The notes below the pieces were generated by a model. That model made no database searches. It saw only the letters and a program-made list of their open reading frames with translations, and was not told where the DNA came from. A DNA stretch of 54,429 bases from Actinomycetota bacterium (lineage in GTDB: Bacteria > Actinomycetota > Actinomycetes > Nanopelagicales > Nanopelagicaceae): the NCBI GenBank assembly GCA_947380835.1, contig CANCSL010000001.1, positions 1 to 54,429 of the forward strand, in the 5' to 3' direction. Positions 29,427-39,226 of this stretch are shown piece by piece; position 1 is the stretch's first letter; the number at the start of each line of letters is the position of its first letter. The position numbers were made by a program, and so were the translations under genes.

Positions 29427-30509
29427 CTAGAGGCCGTGAGCGTGAGCCACTGCTTCGTAGTAAATCTTTCCCTGGTGAACGTTGAGACCGGCTCCAAGGG
29501 CGGGATCATCGGCCAGAGCTTTTTCCCAGCCTTTATTAGCCAGCGCGAGCGCGTAGCGGATGGTGGCATTAGCCAAGGCGAAAGTCGATGTTGCCGGAAC
29601 CGCACCCGGCATATTGGCAACGCAGTAATACAGAGAATTATGAACCGGGAATGTGGGGTCGGTATGTGTGGTCGCGCGCGAACCTTCAAAACATCCACCT
29701 TGATCAATAGCCACATCAACTAAAACGCTGCCGGGTTTCATATTTGCAACTAATTGATCGGTTACTAATTTGGGAGCCTTGGCGCCAGGGACCAGAACCG
29801 CACCAATCACTAGATCCGCTTCTTCCAATTGGGCCTGAATTTCATAAGCCGATGAAGCAAGGGTACGAACCTGTCCGGCAAAGAGATTGTCGATTTCTCC
29901 GAGGCGAGCCAAATTGAGATCTAAAATCGTGACATCGGCACGCATACCCAGTGCAATTGTGGCAGCGGCAACGCCCACAACTCCGCCGCCAAGAATTACT
30001 ACTTTTCCTGGTTTTACTCCTGGGACACCTCCGAGCAAGACACCTCGACCACCGGCGCTCTTTTGCAATGTCGCGGCGCCGACTTGAATCGACATGCGAC
30101 CGGCTACCTCGCTCATTGGTGCGAGAAGTGGGAGATGGCGATTTATTTCAACAGTCTCATAGGCAATTGCCGTGATTCCACTCTTGATAATGGCATCGGT
30201 GCATTCTCGACTGGCAGCTAAGTGCAGGTAAGTAAAAAGAATCTGCCCGGATCTCATCCGTGGATATTCCACGGCAATGGGTTCTTTTACCTTCATGATG
30301 AGATCAGCGCGAGCCCAGACTTCATCAGCAGATGCAACGATCGTCGCGCCTGCCTTCTCATAATCGGCATCAGAAATTGCCGATCCGATACCTGCATGAG
30401 TTTCTACCAGCACTGAATGGCCGGCCGTGACGAAGGCGTGTACTCCTGAAGGGGTAGCCGCGACGCGAAATTCATTATTCTTAACTTCTTTTGGGATGCC
30501 TACGATCAT
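29427..30509 (-). CDS. ald: Alanine dehydrogenase
   Basis: MIVGIPKEVKNNEFRVA...VVILGGGVVG...VDVAIDQGG. ATG 30509 is preferred; the ORF-track start at 30515 is TTG. Confidence 0.92.
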   Translation of the reverse strand: MIVGIPKEVKNNEFRVAATPSGVHAFVTAGHSVLVETHAGIGSAISDADYEKAGATIVASADEVWARADLIMKVKEPIAVEYPRMRSGQILFTYLHLAASRECTDAIIKSGITAIAYETVEINRHLPLLAPMSEVAGRMSIQVGAATLQKSAGGRGVLLGGVPGVKPGKVVILGGGVVGVAAATIALGMRADVTILDLNLARLGEIDNLFAGQVRTLASSAYEIQAQLEEADLVIGAVLVPGAKAPKLVTDQLVANMKPGSVLVDVAIDQGGCFEGSRATTHTDPTFPVHNSLYYCVANMPGAVPATSTFALANATIRYALALANKGWEKALADDPALGAGLNVHQGKIYYEAVAHAHGL

Positions 30510-30518
30510 GCTCAAATG

Positions 30519-31511
30519 CTACTCGCCAAATATGGCTGCACAGATCTTTGGGTGAAGCTCACCCCTCATTCGCGTAAAACTCTCGGGTGGCCAGCCAGCG
30601 GCAAAGACTCGACGCAGCAGTTTGGCTAAGGAATAAGTTAAATCATCCTCAAAAGCCCGATCCAGGGCTCTTCCAGCCAGGGCGCCATCACCGTTTTCGT
30701 ATGCCACGGCCGCAAAGAGGGTAGCCACTGGCGCGATATATCCCTTGGGTGCTGCTCGCATCAGCCAATGCCACATGGTTTGAAGGCTCTCGATATTTTC
30801 CGATGTGGTTATTCCCATCGCATAATCGCGGACCTGTAAATCTTGAAGTCGCGCTAAAACACGAGCAACTAAATCTCGGTCTTCGCACTTTCCATCGGAT
30901 TGAAAGTCTGCCAAAAGTTGGGTCACTGCCAGAGCGCCATCTCGCTGATGCTCTCGGACCGCATTAGATTCGTAATCGATCTCGGGAAAGGCCTTTATTT
31001 TCCGGTTCAGGATTGTGTCGGGTTTAAGGGAAGTCAATGAAGCGCGCATCTCGTCGAGGTCCTTGTAAGGCAACCTTCTACCTCGGACAACTTGTTCAGC
31101 AACAATGCGAGAATCTGAAAGTTCGGGCAGCGGATTACCAGACGTCGGACAACAGTGAAGGTCAGCACATAAAAGCGATCGCCAATTTCCCTTTTTAATT
31201 TCAAGGCATTCTCGAATCGGAACACCACGAAGTTCTATCGCCTCCTGTAGTGGAGTTAAAAGGTAATCACTTTCAGAGATCGAATCCGGCAAATAGGCAA
31301 CGATCAGAGCGCCATCAGATTTCTCGCGAACTAGGTGCGAGGCCAAAGAATCTATCTGTTCGGGATCAGCCTCAGTTGGAAAATCGACGCGCATTGCCAG
31401 GCCGATGCGCTCATCAATAAGAGATATTAATACTAAAGAGTCAGTCGGGTGATAGCCGACGAGAAAAGGAACCGCAGCGAGAAGATCATGAGGTGAAGTG
31501 AGTGTTGTCAT
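30519..31511 (-). CDS. DUF4192 domain protein (actinobacterial, unknown function)
   Basis: LTSPHDLLAAVPFLVGYHPTDSLVLISL... is the typical DUF4192 N-terminus. ATG 31511 is chosen because the longer ORF would overlap the upstream PKD-protein gene. Confidence 0.75.
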   Translation of the reverse strand: MTTLTSPHDLLAAVPFLVGYHPTDSLVLISLIDERIGLAMRVDFPTEADPEQIDSLASHLVREKSDGALIVAYLPDSISESDYLLTPLQEAIELRGVPIRECLEIKKGNWRSLLCADLHCCPTSGNPLPELSDSRIVAEQVVRGRRLPYKDLDEMRASLTSLKPDTILNRKIKAFPEIDYESNAVREHQRDGALAVTQLLADFQSDGKCEDRDLVARVLARLQDLQVRDYAMGITTSENIESLQTMWHWLMRAAPKGYIAPVATLFAAVAYENGDGALAGRALDRAFEDDLTYSLAKLLRRVFAAGWPPESFTRMRGELHPKICAAIFGE

Positions 31512-31584
31512 GACTAGAGCCTGTAGATATCGCGGCAACTTCGAACTTGAAAAAACGGTTTCTGTGGAGAAGGAAGCGGTGTGA

Positions 31585-32328
31585 CTACTGCAAGTAATGA
31601 GTTGGTCCAGGAGCGACAACGAGATCTAATGAGAAATTTTGCAGGATTACATCGCCTAAAACGGGAAAATGATTTCCGCCGGCGCTCCAGGTTCCTGACC
31701 AAGATATTGCTAATCGAACAAGATATCGACCGGATTTGGAATAAACATGTGAAATTCCACCGGTGGGATAACCCGCTCCTGGTGTCGTAGTCTGCACATG
31801 AGCACCATCACCGAAATCCCACTCGAAATTTGGATGGAGCGAAACGCCTACGGCAATTCCCAAAATGCTGGCCGACGTTGCAAAGAAGGTTGACGTGTCC
31901 GTCCAAAAGTAGACGGGAAGCCCCGTAAGTGCGGCGCCAGCGGGTTGTGAGTAGACACCGCGCGACGGGATTAATTGCATGAGTGAATCGCTCAGGGAAA
32001 CCGCCGCCACAACCTTGGGGGTGAATGTTCGAGCAGCTTTGCTGACCCGTCGGACAATTTTCTTTGAAGATCCGGTTTTGGTGTTGCTGGGTGCTGGTTT
32101 TGGCCGCACCTTGGCGATATGCGGACGAGGAGTACGGACCGGTCGAGGGGTGGCGCGGACTCGTGGTTTGGGCGAACTGCCCGGAGAATTCTGGGTTGCC
32201 GTGATCACGATTCCACCTCGCTTGGGATCTGTCGTGACATCAATGCAGGTTTTGCCCGTGCAGTTGGCTGCTTGGACTGGAAATGGAATACAAAGGAGGA
32301 GCACGAAAATGGCTAAGAACTTGCGCAT
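31585..32328 (-). CDS. Secreted protein with a basic Pro-rich linker and a C-terminal PKD-like domain
   Basis: Signal peptide MRKFLAIFVLLLCIPFPVQA. The linker is PKPRVRATPRPVRTPRPHIAKVRPKPAP. WDFGDG...HVYSKSGRYLVRL is a PKD signature. Confidence 0.7.
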   Translation of the reverse strand: MRKFLAIFVLLLCIPFPVQAANCTGKTCIDVTTDPKRGGIVITATQNSPGSSPKPRVRATPRPVRTPRPHIAKVRPKPAPSNTKTGSSKKIVRRVSKAARTFTPKVVAAVSLSDSLMQLIPSRGVYSQPAGAALTGLPVYFWTDTSTFFATSASILGIAVGVSLHPNFEWDFGDGAHVQTTTPGAGYPTGGISHVYSKSGRYLVRLAISWSGTWSAGGNHFPVLGDVILQNFSLDLVVAPGPTHYLQ

Positions 32329-32891
32329 ACGTGGACCCTAAATCAGGAGTTTTAACCGCGTCGGGTTATCGCAGAAATCTGTGGAGAACCACACGAGCGC
32401 ACCTTGAATTTTCGTGCCACTCTAGAGGTGTGGCACATCGCGATGGAGACGGCTGGGTGGAATGCACCTGCGGCAACCGCCATTGGGGACTCCATGGCGC
32501 TGCTGGACTTTTGCTCTTCCGCGACGGGGCTGTGCTTCTCCAACATCGCGCACCTTGGGTGCACAACGGCGACACTTGGGGAATCCCAGGTGGAGCTCGT
32601 GACTCACATGAGAGCGTCACTGATGCGGCGATTAGAGAAGCCGTCGAAGAAATTGGAATGGAGCCACATCTTCTGCATCCCTTGAAAACTTTTGAAGATA
32701 ACCACGGGAATTGGCGCTATGACACGATCATTGCATCGGCCGATCCAAACCTCGTTGCCCACGAGCAGAATGACGAATCTCAGCAGGTTGAATGGGTGCA
32801 CATTGATCAAGTAGTTGAAAAGAATCTTCACCCCAGTTTTGCCAATACCTGGCCTAAGTTATTGCCCATCCTCCGAGAATTGTTTGTGTAA
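32283..32891 (+). CDS. NUDIX hydrolase
   Basis: NUDIX box GIPGGARDSHESVTDAAIREAVEEIGM. The start is uncertain: ATG 32283 overlaps the divergent gene by 46 nt, and the in-frame GTG 32331 avoids that overlap. Confidence 0.85.
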   Translation: MEYKGGARKWLRTCAYVDPKSGVLTASGYRRNLWRTTRAHLEFSCHSRGVAHRDGDGWVECTCGNRHWGLHGAAGLLLFRDGAVLLQHRAPWVHNGDTWGIPGGARDSHESVTDAAIREAVEEIGMEPHLLHPLKTFEDNHGNWRYDTIIASADPNLVAHEQNDESQQVEWVHIDQVVEKNLHPSFANTWPKLLPILRELFV

Positions 32892-34898
32892 GCGGCGCAA
32901 CGAATCCTTGATGATGGCGCCATCGCTAGTGCGCCAAAAAGGTGGCATCGAATTGAGCAAGACCGAGCCGTAGCGTTTGGTGACAATCCGTGAGTCGAGA
33001 ATGGCGACTACTCCGCGATCGTCAATCGAGCGAATCAAGCGCCCCGTTCCTTGAGAAAGCAAAAGCGCAGCCCGCGGCAAACTGATCTGCATAAAACCGC
33101 TGCCGCCTGAAGCATCTGCTTGTGCGGCTCGTGCGCTCATTACCGGCTCGTCCGGACGCGGAAAGGGAATCCGATCAATAGCGACCAAAGTGCAAGCCGG
33201 CCCGGGAACGTCAATCCCCTGCCATAGCGAAATGGTGCCGAGCAATACCGATGTTGGTTCTTTCGCAAAACGGTCGACGAGAGATCCAACACTGTCACCT
33301 CGCCTTTGAGTGATGATCGGAATCTTGAGTTCGGCCAGGACCGAACGTAAATGGATATCGGCAAGTTCGACTCCGCGCCATGAAGAGAAGAGCGCCAAAG
33401 TGCGACCACCAGCGGCTTCAATGAGCTCGCCGAGTTCGGTCAAAACTTCCTTCGATGGGCCGTCGCGGCCGGGTTCGGGTAGGTGCTTGGGCAGATAGAG
33501 CATGCCTTGGTTGGCAAAATCGAAAGGCGATCCCACATCCAACATCTGAACGTTAGATGGGTCGATTTCTCCGTAGGAATCGAAGGCATCTTCTTCCGAC
33601 TCCTCGGATGAATTGCCTTTGGAGGCTGGTGTTGCGCCAATGAATCCAATTGCTCGAGCAATCGCATCGAAATTTTTGCCAACTGAAAGAGTGGCGCTAG
33701 TGGCGATGACTGGGGTTTGAGTTAACAAGTTTTGGCGTAAGACCGCAGATACATCAAGTGGCGCAAGATGGAGCGTGGAAAATGTGGGATCAAACCAGAG
33801 AACTTGAGCTGCCCCCGGACGCAACATCTTGGTAACAATTTGCAGAATTTCATTAACGGCACCTTTAACCCGAATTCGTTCTGCTTGAGAATCGGGATCC
33901 AAGATTTCCGAATCCTTGGTGATCTGATTGACCAGCGCTTGTGCCGTTTCTTTCACCTTACGAATCGGGGCTTCGAGCTGGGCAGGAAGATCGGGCAATC
34001 GACCGTTGAGGGATTGATCTGATCTAACGTCATCTGCAAAATCTGCAATCGCTTCGGCACAGGCGTCGGCAGCCCTTCCTAAGGCGTCAGCAACTTTGCC
34101 AGGCATATGTTTCTTTGCCATCTTGGCGGCGCGTTCGACTCGACCAGCGGAGAGTTCCTCTGTGACTGCTTGAGTAGTGCGATCCATAAATTCATGCGCT
34201 TCATCGAGAATCACGGCATCGCGCTCGGGCAAAATGGGATGTGAGTCAACAATCTCAATGGCCAACAAAGTGTGATTGGTTACTACTACATCGGCGCTCT
34301 GCGCCTTTGCTTTGGCATTGGCCGAGAAACATTGAGAGCCGAATGCGCACTCGTCTTTACCCATGCATTCGCGCCCAGAAACGGAGTTTGCATACCAAAC
34401 TCGGCGGTCGACTTCGGGCGCATCATCTTTATCTCCGGAGACTCCGGGGGTCGTGGCCCAGGCACGAAGTTTCTTGGCATCTTTTTCCAGCGATGAGATC
34501 TCTAGCAATAATTCGTTATCAGGATCGGATATTTCGCTATTCATTTTCTGGAGACAGAGATAATTTCCGACGCCTTTATAAACGGCGAAAGTGAGTTCGC
34601 GACCAAGCTCTTTTTCTAGCGCCGGTTGAATCCGAGGTAAGTCTCGCTCTACTAATTGACGTTGGAGTGCCAAAGTCGCAGTCGCTACCAACACTTTTTT
34701 ACCGTGCACGAGCGCTGGGACTAGATAGGCCAAAGATTTTCCAGTTCCGGTACCGGCCTGAACCAGGAGGTGATGCCGATCCGAAAGAGCATTGGCGACA
34801 GCTTCGGCCATCTCGATCTGCCCTTCGCGTGGCTGCCCTCCAATGGCGGCAACGGCAGCATCGAGGGCTGACCGCACGGTTGCAGAAATTTCGCTCAC
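32859..34898 (-). CDS. dinG: ATP-dependent DNA helicase, DinG/XPD-like (SF2)
   Basis: 679 aa with Walker A AGTGTGKSLAY, a DEAH box (ILDEAHE) and C-terminal helicase motifs (GTISLWQGIDVPG). GTG start. Confidence 0.88.
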   Translation of the reverse strand: MSEISATVRSALDAAVAAIGGQPREGQIEMAEAVANALSDRHHLLVQAGTGTGKSLAYLVPALVHGKKVLVATATLALQRQLVERDLPRIQPALEKELGRELTFAVYKGVGNYLCLQKMNSEISDPDNELLLEISSLEKDAKKLRAWATTPGVSGDKDDAPEVDRRVWYANSVSGRECMGKDECAFGSQCFSANAKAKAQSADVVVTNHTLLAIEIVDSHPILPERDAVILDEAHEFMDRTTQAVTEELSAGRVERAAKMAKKHMPGKVADALGRAADACAEAIADFADDVRSDQSLNGRLPDLPAQLEAPIRKVKETAQALVNQITKDSEILDPDSQAERIRVKGAVNEILQIVTKMLRPGAAQVLWFDPTFSTLHLAPLDVSAVLRQNLLTQTPVIATSATLSVGKNFDAIARAIGFIGATPASKGNSSEESEEDAFDSYGEIDPSNVQMLDVGSPFDFANQGMLYLPKHLPEPGRDGPSKEVLTELGELIEAAGGRTLALFSSWRGVELADIHLRSVLAELKIPIITQRRGDSVGSLVDRFAKEPTSVLLGTISLWQGIDVPGPACTLVAIDRIPFPRPDEPVMSARAAQADASGGSGFMQISLPRAALLLSQGTGRLIRSIDDRGVVAILDSRIVTKRYGSVLLNSMPPFWRTSDGAIIKDSLRRLHKQFSEDGQ

Positions 34899-34947
34899 TT
34901 TGTCACCCTATATGTATCTGGCGACGGGAAAGTGCGCTGTGGAAAGA

Positions 34948-36174
34948 TCAGTGGGCAGTGATCGTGGTGCCTTTACCCACGACGACAATGCCACCTTCTG
35001 AAATAGTAAATCGTTGGCGATCTCTCTCGTGATCCACGCCAACTTGGGCTCCAGGTTCCACGATGACATTTTTATCCAAGATAGCGTTACGAATTATCGC
35101 CCCTGCCCCGATTCGGACTGATGGCATCAATACTGATCCTTGAACAAGTGCATTGCTGGCTACTGATACATCGAAGGAACACACCGTGCGTTCCATTCGG
35201 CCGCCGGCAATAATCGATCCAGCCCCAACAATCGAATCGACGGCAGAACCGTTTTCAGAAAACTTTGCAGGTGGCAATGATGGCGGATTTGTCAGCAACG
35301 GCCATTCGCGATTGTATAAATTAAAGATCGGATGGATGGATACTAAATCCATATGTGCTTCGTAGTAAGCGTCGATACTTCCTACATCTCGCCAATAACC
35401 TTTATCGCGCTCGGTCTCGCCCGGCACCACGTTGTTGGCAAAATCGTATGCACGCGCAACACCCATCGCTGTCATCATCGGAATAATATTTCCACCGAGA
35501 TCGTGCCGACTTTCTAGATCTTCCGAATCCAAGATCAGCGCTTCTTCCATCGCATCGCGCTTAAAAATGTAGTTACCCATCGACACCAATGAGTATTCGG
35601 GGTTACCTGGCATAGCTGGTGGGTTTGCAGGTTTTTCGTGGAAAGCCTTAATTGTGATTCCATCTTCAGCAAGTTCGATGACACCGAATTCAGATGCTTC
35701 GGAACGCTTAACGCGAATTGCGGCGACGGTTATTCCTGCACCCGTTTGTAAATGGAAATCAAACATCTGAGCAGGGTCCATGCGATAAACGTGATCGGCA
35801 CCAAAAACCAGAACATGCTCAGGATTTTCATCGTGAATTAAATTAAAGTTTTGCAAAAGTGCATCGGCGCTGCCGGTGTACCAACGTGGTCCGAGCCGTT
35901 GCTGTGCTGGAACTGGAGTGATGTAATTTCCTAACAGGGTAGACATACGCCAAGTCGTTGTGATGTGACGGTCGAGAGAATGAGATTTATATTGTGTTAA
36001 GACTGCGATTTTACGAATATCAGCATTAACCAAATTGGAGAGCACAAAATCAATCAACCGATAAGCCCCACCGAAAGGAACGGCAGGTTTGGCGCGGTCG
36101 GCGGTAAGCGGCATCAAGCGCTTGCCTTCCCCCCCTGCGAGAACGATTCCTAAGGGGAGTTCGAGGCGGGCCAT
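34948..36174 (-). CDS. glgC: Glucose-1-phosphate adenylyltransferase
   Basis: [28 protein letters not shown]...YRLIDF, plus a left-handed beta-helix C-terminus. Confidence 0.95.
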   Translation of the reverse strand: MARLELPLGIVLAGGEGKRLMPLTADRAKPAVPFGGAYRLIDFVLSNLVNADIRKIAVLTQYKSHSLDRHITTTWRMSTLLGNYITPVPAQQRLGPRWYTGSADALLQNFNLIHDENPEHVLVFGADHVYRMDPAQMFDFHLQTGAGITVAAIRVKRSEASEFGVIELAEDGITIKAFHEKPANPPAMPGNPEYSLVSMGNYIFKRDAMEEALILDSEDLESRHDLGGNIIPMMTAMGVARAYDFANNVVPGETERDKGYWRDVGSIDAYYEAHMDLVSIHPIFNLYNREWPLLTNPPSLPPAKFSENGSAVDSIVGAGSIIAGGRMERTVCSFDVSVASNALVQGSVLMPSVRIGAGAIIRNAILDKNVIVEPGAQVGVDHERDRQRFTISEGGIVVVGKGTTITAH

Positions 36175-36234
36175 GGGCAGAAGGATACCGTTAGACTCCC
36201 ATCGGCGAATAGCCTGAAAGGGGCGGCAGAGCAG

Positions 36235-37392
36235 ATGCGTATCGGGTTAGTAACTAAAGAGTGGCCACCTCATATCTATGGTGGGGCCGGTGTTCATGCG
36301 CTGCAATTGACCCAGAGCCTGCAAAAAAATATCGAGGTCGAGGTCCATTGTTTTGGCGAAAAGCGATCAGATGCCACCGGATACTCCCTCCCCGATTCCA
36401 TGAAAGCTTTGAATCCAGCTCTCCAAGCCTTTGTCACCGATATTGAAATCGCCCAAAATCTTTCCGAAGTCGACCTAGTTCACTCGCATACTTGGTATGC
36501 CAATATGGCCGGTCATTACGCCAGCCTCTTGCATGGCATCCCCCACATCATTACCGCACACTCTCTCGAGCCCGATCGCCCTTGGAAAGCCGAACAACTC
36601 GGCGGCGGCTATCGCCTTTCTTCCTGGGCCGAAAAAACTGCCTACGAGGCAGCCGATGCAATTATCGCCGTCAGCAACGGCATGAAGAAAGATATCGTGC
36701 GGGCATACCCCGGCCTTGATCCAGCCAAGATCCACACGATTTTAAATGGCGTGGACACCCAAAAATATTCTCCCCAGAGTGATCCAGCGCTTCTCGAGAG
36801 TTTGGGAATCACTGGTAGATATGCAATTTTTGTCGGCCGCATTACTCGCCAGAAAGGTTTGGGCCACCTGCTTCGCGCCTGGGAAAAAGTCTCACCAGAT
36901 ATTGGATTGGTAATAGCGGCCGGAAGTCCCGACGAGCCAGCCATTGGCGCAGAAATTTCCGAACTTATCGCCGGCCTCCAAGCTAAACGAAATAACGTCT
37001 GGTGGCAGGAGAAGATGTTGCCGCAACCGCAAGTAGCCGCACTTCTCTCCAGCGCCGATCTCTTCATCTGTCCTTCCGTCTACGAACCACTCGGAATCGT
37101 CAATCTCGAAGCGATGGCATGTGAAACCGCCGTATTGGCTTCGCGGGTCGGTGGTATTCCCGAAGTTGTGGTCGATGGCGTAACGGGTGATCTCGTGGAT
37201 TACAACGGCGATGGCCCTGCATTTGAAGCTGCGCTGACAGCGCAGATCATGGATCTCATGAACGATCCTCAGAAATTATCTGCTTACGGCCAGGCTGGAC
37301 GCCAGCGCGCAATTGAAGACTTTGGATGGGATGCCATTGCCGCGCAAACTGAAGATCTTTACCGCCTCGTCATAGATTCTCGCGCGAAGTAA
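36235..37392 (+). CDS. glgA: Glycogen synthase-type glycosyltransferase (actinobacterial GlgA, GT4-like)
   Basis: 385 aa with [16 protein letters not shown] and [29 protein letters not shown]. Divergent from glgC. Confidence 0.88.
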   Translation: MRIGLVTKEWPPHIYGGAGVHALQLTQSLQKNIEVEVHCFGEKRSDATGYSLPDSMKALNPALQAFVTDIEIAQNLSEVDLVHSHTWYANMAGHYASLLHGIPHIITAHSLEPDRPWKAEQLGGGYRLSSWAEKTAYEAADAIIAVSNGMKKDIVRAYPGLDPAKIHTILNGVDTQKYSPQSDPALLESLGITGRYAIFVGRITRQKGLGHLLRAWEKVSPDIGLVIAAGSPDEPAIGAEISELIAGLQAKRNNVWWQEKMLPQPQVAALLSSADLFICPSVYEPLGIVNLEAMACETAVLASRVGGIPEVVVDGVTGDLVDYNGDGPAFEAALTAQIMDLMNDPQKLSAYGQAGRQRAIEDFGWDAIAAQTEDLYRLVIDSRAK

Positions 37393-37396
37393 GCGC

Positions 37397-38266
37397 ATGT
37401 CCCGAAAAAGTTGGTTCTTATTCCTTGCTGTCGGTTTACTGTGGGGCATTCCCTATCTCTTTATGAAAGTCGCAGTTAAAGAGATCGCGCCTGCAGATAT
37501 AGTTTTTGCTCGAGTCTTCATCGGCTCACTTATTTTGGTTCCGATTGCTCTTCGTAAGGGCGTCCTCAGGGATGCGCTGCGCAATTATCAACATGTGCTC
37601 CCCTACGCCATAGCCGAGATGATCGGCCCTTGGATTCTCATCACTACTGCCGAGAAGAAACTTTCCTCTGGACTTGCCGGTCTCCTGGTGGCGACCGTGC
37701 CTATCTGGTCCACCATCATTTCTTCCTTCCATGGCGATCGAACTGTCTGGCACGCCAAGCGCCTCTTTGGCTTGATAATCGGTTTTATCGGCGTCGTCCT
37801 TGTGGTGGGCATCGAAACTTTCTCTCAAAAACAGAGCTTCCTTTCCATCGGAATGATCATCGTCGCGGCCATTGGGTATGCCTGGGCGGTCATTCGAGTC
37901 AATCGAAAAATCCCGCATGTCAATGGAATCGCTATTAACGGCGTTGCAATGGCGACCACTGCCATTTTTTATCTTCCCTTCGCGGTAGCGCAAGCGCCAT
38001 CACATCTACCTTCACACAAGGCGCTCTTCGCCGTATTAGCCCTGGGGCTCTTCTCCACCGCAACCGCGTTCATTCTCTTCTTCAAATTAATGAGCGATAT
38101 TGGTCCGGCACGCGCTTCGTTGGTCACTTATCTCAACACCGCTTTCGCGGTGGTGCTTGGCGTCCTGTTGTTGGGCGAGCCTCTTACTGCGGGTATCGCA
38201 ATTGGATTGCCGCTAGTCTTGATCGGTTCTTATTTTGCAGGTCGGAAAGTAAAAGCTGCTCGTTAA
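37397..38266 (+). CDS. EamA/DMT family transporter
   Basis: 289 aa, about 10 TM segments, with the two EamA repeats pattern. Confidence 0.8.
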   Translation: MSRKSWFLFLAVGLLWGIPYLFMKVAVKEIAPADIVFARVFIGSLILVPIALRKGVLRDALRNYQHVLPYAIAEMIGPWILITTAEKKLSSGLAGLLVATVPIWSTIISSFHGDRTVWHAKRLFGLIIGFIGVVLVVGIETFSQKQSFLSIGMIIVAAIGYAWAVIRVNRKIPHVNGIAINGVAMATTAIFYLPFAVAQAPSHLPSHKALFAVLALGLFSTATAFILFFKLMSDIGPARASLVTYLNTAFAVVLGVLLLGEPLTAGIAIGLPLVLIGSYFAGRKVKAAR

Positions 38267-39211
38267 TTATCTTTCGGTGAATCCCATACGAGAAAGCGCT
38301 TTAGGATCGCGTTGCCATTCCTTAGAAATCTTTACATGTAGGCCAAGAAAAATTTTGGCGCCTAAAAGTCCTTCGATAGCCTGACGTGACTTAATGCCAA
38401 TTGCCTTGAGGCGAGTGCCTTGCGGTCCAATGATGATGGACTTCTGACTATCTCTTTCGACATGAATCGTGGCGTGAATATCGAAGAAATTCTTGCCTTC
38501 ACGTTCGCTCATTTCGTCGATGGTGATCATGACCGAGTGAGGTAATTCTTCATAGAGATCGGCAATAGCAACTTCTCGAATGAGTTCAGTGATCATTAAC
38601 TCTTGCGCTTGATCTGTGGAGATATCTTCGGGGTAAAGCGATGGCGAGAGCGGGAGGCTGGAAACCAAAAGTTCGAGCAGGAGTTCGGTTTGCTCCGAAT
38701 TCTTTGCCGACAGCGGAACGATCTCTTGAAAGGAAATTCCCAATTTCTTAGCAAATTCCGAAATTGCCATGAGGTGCTGCATCAGTTGTTCTGGCTTCAC
38801 GCGATCGGTTTTCGTTGCTGCAATGTAGATACGTTTTTGACCAGCAACTTGCTTGGCAATAAATTCATCACCCAGCCCAATGGATTCATCAGCGGGAAGG
38901 CAGAGCACAACAGCATCAACAGACTCAAGGTTTTCCGAAACCATGGCGTTGAGCCTGGTCCCTAAGAGAGTTTTCGGCTTATGCACTCCAGGAGTGTCGA
39001 CGACGATCATTTGGAAAGTTGGCCGAGAAATAATTCCACGGATTGGATTTCGGGTCGTGTTGGGATGAGGAGAGGTAATAACAATTTTCTCGCCCACCAT
39101 CGCGTTGACCAAGGTTGACTTCCCCGTGTTAGGACGACCTACAATCGCCACGAATCCGGCGCGATGCTGATCTTGATGATCTGGCACGGAAAGCGTCTCG
39201 TTATTAGGCAT
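38267..39211 (-). CDS. era: GTPase Era
   Basis: GFVAIVGRPNTGKSTLVNAMVG (G1), DTPG (G3), TKTD (G4), and a C-terminal KH domain. Its stop codon abuts the EamA stop with 0 nt between them. Confidence 0.95.
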   Translation of the reverse strand: MPNNETLSVPDHQDQHRAGFVAIVGRPNTGKSTLVNAMVGEKIVITSPHPNTTRNPIRGIISRPTFQMIVVDTPGVHKPKTLLGTRLNAMVSENLESVDAVVLCLPADESIGLGDEFIAKQVAGQKRIYIAATKTDRVKPEQLMQHLMAISEFAKKLGISFQEIVPLSAKNSEQTELLLELLVSSLPLSPSLYPEDISTDQAQELMITELIREVAIADLYEELPHSVMITIDEMSEREGKNFFDIHATIHVERDSQKSIIIGPQGTRLKAIGIKSRQAIEGLLGAKIFLGLHVKISKEWQRDPKALSRMGFTER

Positions 39212-39226
39212 AAGCGAAGTCTCCCA

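Noticed and set aside
36565-36585. A ~20-nt near match (TCGAGCCCGA-TCGCCC) to the 3' end of the tRNA(CAT) gene, considered as a candidate attR
   Set aside because: It lies inside the conserved coding sequence of glgA (HSLEPDRPW), 31 kb away, with essential core genes in between. It is most likely a chance GC-rich similarity.
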